The notes beneath the pieces were generated by a model that was given only the letters and a program-made list of their open reading frames with translations, ran no database searches and had not been told where the DNA came from. The position numbers and the translations under genes are program-made. This document shows, in pieces, positions 1 through 18,100 of a DNA stretch of 23,151 nucleotides. Positions within the stretch are counted from its first letter, which is position 1. Every line of letters starts with the position of its first letter. Source of the stretch: Tubiluchus corallicola (lineage: Eukaryota > Animalia > Priapulida); NCBI GenBank assembly GCA_030141605.1, contig JAQGDQ010001862.1, positions 1 through 23,151 of the forward strand, written 5' to 3'.

Positions 1-262
1 TCCTATAGGAATCTAGGAATCTAGGGTCCCTTAAGCTTGGGCGCCTAAAGCTTTGGTAACATTTGACAAAAATTCGGTTTTCTTTCGCTACGGTTGTGAT
101 AAAATATGCCCGAATTTGGTTTGCAATAAATGGTAAGATGGTCGTATATCTTAAAGAATGTTTTTATTGACAAACAAAAGATGGCTAGTCTAGTTTATTT
201 AAACAAATTTCAATAAGTTTAGTTCGAGTTATGAAAATGTTGCTAAAACATATCACGAGCAA

Positions 263-658
263 AAATATTCAAGAGGGGTGTAGCTAAGCTACAGGGTGGC
301 TCCGTTTGAGGGCAGCCCCATAATTCAATTAGCCCAGAGAGGCCCTAAAGGGTCATAATCCGGCTCTGTGTATATGTGTTATATCTTTTCCGGAAATATT
401 CAAGAGGGGTGCAGGCAAACTAGAGGGTGGCTTCGTTTTAGGGCAGCCCCATAATTCAATTAGCCCAGAGAGGCCCTAAAGGGTCATAATCCGGCTCTGT
501 GTATATGTGTTATATCTTTTCCGGAAATATTCAAGAGGGGTGCAGGCAAACTAGAGGGTAGCTTCGTTTTAGGGCAGCCCCATAATTTAATTAGCCTAGA
601 GAGGCGCTAAAGGGTCATAATCCGGCTCTGTGTATATGTGTTATATCCTTTCCGGAAA
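263..658. repeat. 131-bp tandem repeat, 3 copies
   Basis: AAGAGGGGTG at 271, 402 and 533. Confidence 0.93.
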
Positions 659-754
659 TGGTTCGTCAGAAAACGATAACGAATAATAAGCTTCAAAAAT
701 CCCAAATGGTTAATTTACGGTTTTACATCATCGTGTGGGCGAGTTGGAGGGTGG

Positions 755-2618
755 CTCCACCTGTTGGCACAGCTAGGTACTTATTATTATGATAATTCTT
801 TATTTTTAAAAACTAGTGTGAGTGTCTCCACCTGTTGGCACAGCTAGGCACTATGATAATTCTTTATTTTTAAAAACTAGTGTGAGTGTCTCCACCTGTT
901 GGCACAGCTAGGCATTTATTATTATGATAATCCTTTATTTTTAAAAACTAGTGTGAGTATCTCCACCTGTTGGCACAGCTAGGCATTTATTATTATGATA
1001 ATTCTTTATTTTTAAAAACTAGCGTGAGTGTCTCCACCTGTTGGCACAGCTAGGCACTATGATAATTCTTTATTTTTAAAAACTAGTGTGAGTGTCTCCA
1101 CCTGTTGGCAGAGCTAGGCACTATGATAATTCTTTATTTTTAAAAACTGGTGTGAGTGTCTCCATCTGTTGGCACAGCTAGGCACTTATTATTATGATAA
1201 TTCTTTATTTTTAAAAACTAGTGTGAGTGTCTCCACCTGTTGGCACAGCTAGGCACTATGATAATTCTTTATTTTTAAAAACTAGTGTGAGTGTCTCCAC
1301 CTGTTGGCACAGCTAGGCACTTATTATTATGATAATTCTTTATTTTTAAAAACTAGTGTGAGTGTCTCCACCTGTTGGCACAGCTAGGCACTATGATAAT
1401 TCTTTATTTTTAAAAACCAGTGTGAGTATCTCCATGTGTTGGCACAGCTAGGCACTATGATAATTCTTTATTTTTAAAAACTAGTGTGAGTGTCTCCACC
1501 TGTTGGCACAGCTAGGCACTATGATAATTCTTTATTTTTAAAAACTAGTGTGAGTGTCTCCACCTGTTGGCACAGCTAGGCACTATGATAATTCTTTATT
1601 TTTAAAAACTAGTGTGAGTGTCTCCACCTGTTCGCACAGCTGGGCACTATGATAATTCTTTATTTTTAAAAACTAGTGTGAGTGTCTCCATCTGTTGGCA
1701 CAGCTAGGCACTTATTATTATGATAATTCTTTATTTTTAAAAACTAGTGTGAGTGTCTCCACCTGTTCGCACAGCTAGGCACTATGATAATTCTTTATTT
1801 TTAAAAACTAGTGTGAGTGTCTCCACCTGTTGGCACAGCTAGGCACTATGATAATTCTTTATTTTTAAAAACTGGTGTGAGTGTCTTCACCTGTTGGCAC
1901 TGCTAGGCATTTATTATTATGATAATCCTTTATTTTTAAAAACTAGTGTGAGTGCCTCCACCTGTTGGCACAGCTAGGCATTTATTATTATGATAATTCT
2001 TTATTTTTAAAAACTAGTGTGAGTGTCTCCACCTGTTGGCACAGCTAGGCACTATGATAATTCTTTATTTTTAAAAACCAGTGTGAGTATCTCCATCTGT
2101 TGGCACAGCTAGGCACTTATTATTATAATAATTCTTTATTTTTAAAAACTAGTGTGAGTGTCTCCACCTGTTGGCAGAGCTAGGCACTATGATAATTCTT
2201 TATTTATAAAAACTGGTGTGAGTGTCTCCACCTGTTGGCACAGCTAGGCATTTATTATTATAATAATTCTTTATTTTTAAAAACTAGTGTGAGTGTCTCC
2301 ACCTGTTGGCAGAGCTAGGCACTATGATAATTCTTTATTTATAAAAACTAGTGTGAGTGTCTCCACCTGTTGGCACAGCTAGGCACTATGATAATTCTTT
2401 ATTTTTAAAAACTAGTGTGAGTGTCTCCATCTGTTCGCACAGCTGGGCACTATGATAATTCTTTATTTTTAAAAACTAGTGTGAGTGTCTCCATCTGTTG
2501 GCACAGCTAGGCACTTATTATTATGATAATTCTTTATTTTTAAAAACTAGTGTGAGTGTCTCCACCTGTTGGCACAGCTAGGCACTTTTATTATTATAAT
2601 TCTTTATTTTTTAAAACT
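755..2618. repeat. Minisatellite, 28 units of 64 or 71 bp
   Basis: Unit CTCCACCTGTTGGCACAGCTAGGCACT(TATTATT)ATGATAATTCTTTATTTTTAAAAACTAGTGTGAGTGT. Confidence 0.97.
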
Positions 2619-3085
2619 ATGTACAAAGTACATTCCTTCTATTTGTAGGGATATGTTTGAAATTTCTAAAAGCATTTACAACGTATTAAACCCATTCACA
2701 TATATATATAATTTAGAATCCAACGCATGAGACACATTGAACGACAACGATCATATACAATAGACGTAGTTACAAATTATATTCCAACACTACATACATA
2801 CATAATAAAAGATAACGAACATATTTTAATACTTAGTAACAAAAATTTACACACATTATACACAATGAAAAACAGCGAGTACAATTATAATAAATATAAT
2901 TACCAAATTCTAATGCAATTTCACATAATCTTAAATAAAAACAAAAATATAAAAAACACGACGAGAGTTGCGAAATTTCATCACCAACAGACTATTTTTA
3001 TGCGGGCGAAAGACAATAGGAATTCATCCAAGATAAGATTTGCACCATCCGAGATCTTTATTGAGTCATTTCTTAATTTTTTTAG

Positions 3086-10829
<7,744 letters not shown>

Positions 10830-10990
10830 GAGCGACGACGGCCGTAGGCAATTGACATCGTAACTGGCGAGACTAATTAACATCGTAATTAACGCATCGC
10901 TTCTGATGCTTTCAACAGTTTTGTATTCAAGAACGGGCAGAGAAAGTCTTTTGCTTCTAATTTTGTAAACCTTTGATGGAAAAATTATTA

Positions 10991-10996
10991 ATTAAA
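10991..10996 (+). terminator. Candidate NARS1 polyadenylation signal (ATTAAA)
   Basis: Variant hexamer ~160 nt after the stop codon. The context is AT-rich, so a chance occurrence is plausible. Confidence 0.3.
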
Positions 10997-11126
10997 CAAT
11001 CAAATATAATTAATTAATATAATTAAAGTGAAGAAATTAGAAATGAGCGAAAGGATTTAGTAACTAAAATAAGACAATTTAACTTGAAAAATGCGCATGT
11101 CTTTTGGAGTCAATTTAGCATAGTAA

Positions 11127-11222
11127 TAATTTTGCTGCCATCTTGTGGCCACAACGTTAACTATTTGCTATGTAATTTTGCTGCCATCTTGTGGCCACAA
11201 CGTTAACTATTTGCTATGTAAT
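11127..11222. repeat. 46-bp tandem duplication carrying a CTCF/YY1-like motif
   Basis: TGCTGCCATCTTGTGGCCA at 11133 and 11179. Confidence 0.85.
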
Positions 11223-12029
11223 ATTGCTGCAGTCCCGGATGGGGCGCGTGGTTCTAACTCGAATTTTATCATTAACAACTAGTAATAATCAGTGGCTTAA
11301 TTAGTTGTATCAAATTATCCAAAATTTTATTTTGATACTGTTTATTGTGGCGTAGTCAAATATTTAGCTGCTCTGCGTGTCACGGTGGCTTTTTTATGTA
11401 TTCGCTCCCCCTAACTTTAGAACCTGGCTACGCCCCTGGTAATAATGATTGTTCATCAAGATTTAAATGTGTAGAACATTGTATGTATTGTACTAATTTA
11501 TTACTTGTATGCAAAAGTGAAGCTACTGCTAAGTATTGCTTGTATTGCAATAGGTGGATGGTACAATAATTAAGATAGCAAAACTGCTTACCAATCTTAG
11601 CAAAATAAAACAAGAAAAAAATTGTTAAAATTTAACGAATCTTTACTGAATTTTTTTCATATTTTTTTCGTACGTACACAATTTCACACACAGATAAAGA
11701 TAATAATTGTGTATATTTAACAGTCCATTTAAAACAGGAGAAGTTTTTATTAAAAGAGGCAAATTGGCTCCACTTTATACATAAATTACAAAATAAATGA
11801 ATTTTCTGCAAGTTTCTGCTCGGGCCGGGACTCATTGCACAATGCGTGAAATGTCCGTGTATCCGTGACTGGTCTGCAAAAAAACATTCCCTCCGTTTCT
11901 CGGCCTCTCTTTCTTTCCTCTAGTTCCAGGCTGCCTGGTTTATGTTTCCACTCGGGTAGTCCTCCCCGCTCTCGCATCGGGGGTACTCCCAATCTCCGGC
12001 CTTGTGTGCTTTGCTTCTGAGCTTTCTGT

Positions 12030-13220
12030 CCCCGCTGTTTGCTGTCTAGCCTCACTCTTCCAAGTATTCTCTTCCCGCTGTTTGCTGTCTAGCCTCACAT
12101 TTCCAAGTATTCTCTTCCCGCTGTTTGCTGTCTAGCCTCACACTTCTAAGTATTCTCTCCCCGCTGTTTGCTGTCTAGCCTCACACTTCTAAGTATTCTC
12201 TCCCCGCTGTTTGCTGTCTAGCCTCACACTTCTAAGTATTCTCTCCCCGCTGTTTGCTGTCTAGCCTCACACTTCTAAGTATTCTCTCCCCGCTGTTTGC
12301 TGTCTAGCCTCACACTTCTAAGTATTCTCTCCCCGCTGTTTGCTGTCTAGCCTCACACTTCTAAGTATTCTCTCCCCGCTGTTTGCTGTCTAGCCTCACA
12401 CTTCCAAGTATTCTCTCCCCGCTGTTTGCTGTTTAGCCTCACTCTTCCAAGTATTCTCTCCCCGCTGTTTGCTGTCTAGCCTCACACTTCCAAGTATTCT
12501 CTCCCCGCTGTTTGCTGTCTAGCCTCACTCTTCCAAGTATTCTCTCCCCGCTGTTTGCTGTCTAGCCTCACACTTCCAAGTATTCTCTCCCCGCTGTTTG
12601 CTGTCTAGCCTCACACTTCCAAGTATTCTCTCCCCGCTGTTTGCTGTCTAGCCTCACTCTTCCAAGTATTCTCTCCCGGCTGTTTGCTGTCTAGCCTCAC
12701 ACTTCTAAGTATTCTCTCCCCGCTGTTTGCTGTCTAGCCTCACTCTTCCAAGTATTCTCTCCCGGCTGTTTGCTGTCTAGCCTCACACTTCTAAGTATTC
12801 TCTCCCCGCTGTTTGCTGTCTAGCCTCACTCTTCCAAGTATTCTCTCCCGGCTGTTTGCTGTCTAGCCTCACACTTCTAAGTATTCTCTCCCCGCTGTTT
12901 GCTGTCTAGCCTCACACTTCTAAGTATTCTCTCCCCGCTGTTTGCTGTCTAGCCTCACACTTCTAAGTATTCTCTCCCCGCTGTTTGCTGTCTAGCCTCA
13001 CACTTCTAAGTATTCTCTCCCCGCTGTTTGCTGTCTAGCCTCACACTTCTAAGTATTCTCTCCCTGCTGTTTGCTGTCTAGCCTCACTCTTTCAAGTATT
13101 CTCTCCCGGCTGTTTGCTGTCTAGCCTCACACTTCTAAGTATTCTCTCCCCGCTGTTTGCTGTCTAGCCTCACTCTTCCAAGTATTCTCTCCCTGCTGTT
13201 TGCTGTCTAGGCTCACTCTT
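12030..13220. repeat. 43-bp minisatellite, ~27 copies, inside the Transib-like element
   Basis: Unit CCCGCTGTTTGCTGTCTAGCCTCACACTTCTAAGTATTCTCTC. Confidence 0.97.
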
Positions 13221-13296
13221 GGGCTCTCGCTTCGTGCCTCTGGCTGTTGTCTCTGTGTCTCTCTAACCTCAGGCGTTTGCATCACTCTTGTATGTA

Positions 13297-13654
13297 GGGA
13301 GGGAGAGTGAGAGAGAGGAGAGTGAGTGAGAGAGACGGGGGAGAGTGAGTGAGAGAGACGGGGGAGAGAGGGAGGCAGGGAGAAGAGAGTGAGAGAGAGG
13401 AGAGGGAGGGAGGGAGAGGAGAGGGAGGCAGGGAAAAGAGAGTGAAAGAGAGGAGAGGGAGGGAGGGAGAGGAGAGGGAGGCAGGGAGAAGAGAGTGAAA
13501 GAGAGGAGAGGGAGGCAGGGAGAAGAGAGTGAAAGAGAGGAGAGGGAGAGAGGGAGGCAGGGAGAAGAGAGTGAGAGAGAGGAGAGGGAGGGAGGGAGAG
13601 GAGAGGGAGGCAGGGAGAAGAGAGTGGAAGAGAGGGGAGGGAGAGGGAGGGGAG

Positions 13655-13712
<58 letters not shown>

Positions 13713-13722
13713 AGGAGGAGAG
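13297..13722. repeat. Polypurine GA-rich repeat inside the Transib-like element
   Basis: Recurring GGAGGCAGGGAGAAGAGAGTGA units followed by (GA)n. Confidence 0.93.
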
Positions 13723-13984
13723 GTGTCACTGGTATTTGCTCTTGTCTTGGGAGGCTCTTGCCGAGGGCATGCCTGGAATTTTTTCTCTCGGGTCTTTCTC
13801 TTTGGGCTTCGCTTCTGGTTTTTGCTCTAGGTTCCACTCTAATTTTCCTCGACTTTGCTCTGGCTTCCTCTGCTTTGTCTCAGATTCACGTTCTTACCAT
13901 TGTAGTTTGCACTAACCCCGGGCTCTTGTTACTGGTTTCTCACTTCGGGATGTCTCCCCCAGGTTCGTGCCGTTCATTCGTGCC

Positions 13985-14308
13985 GTGATACCAGGCTCTC
14001 CGCCCCCCATGCAGTCTCCACTTTGTTCTCGTTCCCGTGTCTCTTTCTCCGGCTGTGCTGTCTCATCCTCCCCCTCTCTCTCAGGTTCTCTGTCGTGATA
14101 CCAGGCTGTCCGCCCCCGATGCAGTCTCGACTTTGTTCTCTTTCCTGTGTCTCTTCCTCCGGCTGTGCTGTCTCATCCTCCTCCTCTCTCTCTCTCTCGC
14201 CGTGTCTCTCTCTTTCTCCCTATCTCTCTCGTGGTACCAGGCTCTCCATCCCCCATGCAGTCTCCACTTTGTTCTCGTTCCCGTGTCTCTTCCTCCGGCT
14301 GTGCTGTC
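13985..14308. repeat. Three-copy subterminal repeat (110/136-bp spacing) abutting the right TIR
   Basis: TACCAGGCT at 13989, 14099 and 14235, each followed by ATGCAGTCTC...CCGGCTGTGCTGTC. Confidence 0.9.
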
Positions 14309-14741
14309 ACGCATTGTGCATTGGAATTGAGCGTCGCCTCGCGTTATACTTGAAAAAACAACAGAAAATGCCATTGAATTTGACGGAAAGACTTTCTGCG
14401 CTTATTGCGGCTTCCTTAACTTAACAAAAATTGAACCACATTTAGAACAACATTTACAAAACTGCATAGTTCTCCACGGACGAAATTCAACATACACGAG
14501 AAAATAAAAAATCAAATTTCTCCCAAGAATCATTTCCCTCATCTAGTTGTAAAATGTTCCCTGCTAATTGCGAGGCGTAAGTAACAGGTACACGCCCGTG
14601 AACCCCACCCTATTGCACATCAGTAAAATCAATTTTACATATTTGATTACTGATTTACCTTTTATACATACAGTTTAATACACAGCTATATACAATATCA
14701 AATAATAACAAATATTTCACATAATAAAAAAACCGGGCGTC

Positions 14742-14876
14742 TCAGTCCTTGTCGCCCTTGTCGTAGAATTTTTTGTGTGACCCAGCGGCCGTGTACGGCG
14801 GAGGTGGTCCACTAGGTTTGCTGTAATTTACTCCGCCGGAGAATGGATACACCACATGTCCTCCGCTTTCGACATC
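14742..14876 (-). CDS. WBP1/VOPP1-like gene, terminal exon with PPPPY
   Basis: ttttttattgctag|GAT...GAC TGA; DVESGGHVVYPFSGGVNYSKPSGPPPPYTAAGSHKKFYDKGDKD*. Confidence 0.88.
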   Translation of the reverse strand, partial: DVESGGHVVYPFSGGVNYSKPSGPPPPYTAAGSHKKFYDKGDKD

Positions 14877-15110
14877 CTAGCAATAAAAAACTGAGGTGAT
14901 TGAAAACTCGCTCAAGAATGACAACTTCTGCACTTTTATAAAAATGCAGATGCAATAGTTACATATAATAAATTAAGCAATTATTATTATTATAGGGAGG
15001 AAAGAGAGAGCAAGAGAGAGAGAAAGGGAGGAGAGAGAGAGCAAGACAGATAGAGAGCAAGGGAGCGAGAGAGAGAGAGAGAGAGAGTGAGAGAGAGTGA
15101 GAGTGAGAGT

Positions 15111-15152
<42 letters not shown>

Positions 15153-18100
15153 AAGAGAGAGAGAGAGCAAGACAGATAGAGAGCAAGAGAGGAGAGAGGA
15201 GAGACAGCGAGAGAGAGAAAGGGAGGAGAGAGAGAGAGAGAGCAAGACAGATAGAGAGCAAGAGAGGAGAGAGAGAGAGAGAGGGGGGAGAGAGGGAGAG
15301 AGCGAGGGAGAGAGAGAGAGAGGGGGGGAGAGAGAGAGCGAGGGAGAGAGGAGAGAGAGAAAGAAAGAGAGAGAGGGAGAGAGAGAGAGGGAGAGGGAGA
15401 GAGAGCAAGAGAGAGAGAGAGAGAGAGGGGAGAGAGAGAGAGAGAGAGAGCAATACCAATTAAGCAAGAACCTTCGTGTGCAGGTTATAGTAAGTCAGGT
15501 ACCTCACTCATTATCAAAAATTAATGATCCATAGATAAAGACTATTACTAACGATATTATATTACCAGGAAATGATGAAAAAATTAGAATGCAGCTAGTA
15601 AGTATCACGGTTGCTGGGAGGACGGTAGTCTAGCCTTGTAAGCACAAGGCCTTGGTTCAAATCTACGTTGTGTTACAACTTCTTCACAACTCCTGTTTTT
15701 CAACGTAGGGTTTCAAAACTCGATTAATTATGTGCATGTACGATGACCGATGTTATCAAAGGTTTTTGCCCAGGAGAAATTAAACCGGGACAGGTGTTTG
15801 TGCATCTCAGTGCCGGCTGAAACCACCGGGAAGCAGCGCTCCCAGTAGTTAACCATCCATCCACTTACTGAACAAGAAGAGCATTGCTTATCTTTGGTCA
15901 CTCGGCACAACTAAAATAACCGGTAGCACAATTAATCTGAGCTTGTATAACGAAGGTTTCACATCTTTCAAAAAAAATTCTGATTCAGCACATCAAGGCT
16001 GAATTACCCATCACACACATAGCATTCCACAAAGAAGCAGCTCTGGAGGCATCACACACATAGCATTCCACAAATAAGCAGCTCTGGAGCCATCACACAC
16101 ATAGCATTCCACAAATAAGCAGCTCTGGAGCCATCACACACATAGCATTCCACAAGGAAGCAGCTCTGGAGGCATCACACACACATAGCATTCCATAAAG
16201 AAGCAGCTCTGGAGCCATCACACACATAGCATTCCATAAAGAAGCAGCTCTGGAGCCATCACACACATAGCATTCCACAAAGAAGCAGCTCTGGAGGCAT
16301 CACACACATAGCATTCCATAAATAAGCAGCTCTGGAGCCATCACACACATAGCATTCCATAAATAAGCAGCTCTGGAGGCATCACACACATAGCATTCCA
16401 TAAAGAAGCAACTCTAGAGCCATCACACGCATAGCATTCCATAAAGAAGCAGCTCTGGAACGGAGAAAAATACCAAATCCGTTTGCACATACCGCTCACG
16501 TGACACTCGTGCAGGAGGGTAGCAAAATACTAACAACCTAGGACATGCGCAAACAATTTTCTTCACTAGATAAATTTCTGACGACTCACCAACGGAGCAT
16601 TAGGATAGTTTGACTCTTCCGGTTGTAACATAACGTACTGCGTATGCATGAAGATCGGATCTGTCCTGTAGTAGCAGAATCGTAGAAATCCGCCACAAGC
16701 GGATGCGACTAGTAATATGAACACTATGAAAACCCTGAAAAAGACAACGTAAAATTATAGCAAAGAAAACAAGGTGGCAAGTTATACAATGTGTGTAGTA
16801 CGTCACAAACTAACATAATTTTCAACAGCAAAAATGTTTCACGAGCGTGTTTGCAAAAGCAAAAATTGAAGTACGGTGCTACTGTAAGATATTCAGAGTG
16901 TTGTACTAAAACTAGGCAAGTTTTAAGATGAAAATTCAAATTTATCGCTGTGAGAGCATGAACTGTCGAACGTGTGTAGTACGTCACAAACTAACATAAT
17001 TTTCAACAGCAAAAACATTTCACGAGCGTGTTGCACGTGTTTGCGATAGCGAAAATCGAACTAAGGTGCTACTGTATGGTATTCAGTGTCATGTACTCAA
17101 ACTCGACAAGTTTTAAGATAAAAATTCAAATTTTAAATTTACTGCTGTGCTCACGCATGAACTGTCGAACGTGTGTAGTACGTCACAAATTAGCATAATT
17201 TTCAACAAGAAAAATATTCCACTATCACCACTGTGTTAGCAGCGAACAATATTAAAATGAACATACCAAATATACCAGGTGTGGTAGACATAATCACAAC
17301 ACAGATTGTCGCCGCAGCAATACTGATCAGCGCTGGCACATCTGTAAATAAGAATAACAGAAGGTGTTAAATAATAAAGGTGCAAAACGATAAAGGTGTT
17401 AAACGATAAAGGTGTTAAATGATAAAGGAAGGTGCAAAACGATAAAGGTGTTAAACAATAAAGGTGCAAAACGACAAAGTTGTTAAACGATAAAGGTGCA
17501 AAACGATAAAGGTGTTAAACGATAAAGGTGCAAAACGATACACTCATATCTCAGTTTGCCGGACCTCACTTTTATGCATATCGGAAAAATCGGACATCGT
17601 TAAAAGTTCTGCAAAATACGTACAGAGTCCGTTGTTTCGCAAGCTGACCACTAGTTGGCGGGCCGTCACTTTGTTTACATCATTACATCAGTGTAACCAA
17701 GCAGCATGTAACGACACGTGTGTAGCTTGTATGTCAGGAGCGGCCCGTACTAGACGTTTTTGAGACAATTAGACGATTGATTCTACATTACTGTGAGTCT
17801 AATATGTCAGGAGCGGCCCGTATTAGACGTTTTTGAGACAATTAGGTGATTGATTCTACATTGCAGTGAGTCTAATATGTCAGGAGCGGCCCGTATTAGA
17901 CGTTTTTGAGACAATTAGGCGATTGATTCTACATTACCGTGAGTCTAATATGTCAGGAGCGGCCCGTACTAGACGTTTTTGAGACAATTAGACGATTGAT
18001 TCTACATTACAGTGAGTCTAATATGTCAGGAGTGGCCCGTACTAGACGTTTTTGAGACAATTAGGTGATTGATTCTACATTACCGTGAGTCTAATATGTC

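Larger units (their letters stand above)
11838..14318. mobile_element. Non-autonomous Transib/RAG-like DNA transposon (2481 bp)
   Basis: Perfect 12-bp TIRs CACAATGCGTGA (11838-11849) and TCACGCATTGTG (14307-14318); identical 5-bp flanks CATTG (11833-11837, 14319-14323); GC-richer than its flanks; no transposase ORF. Confidence 0.82.

Noticed and set aside
640-675. CTGACGA...GAAA hammerhead-like string on the minus strand
   Set aside because: Stems II and III cannot form.
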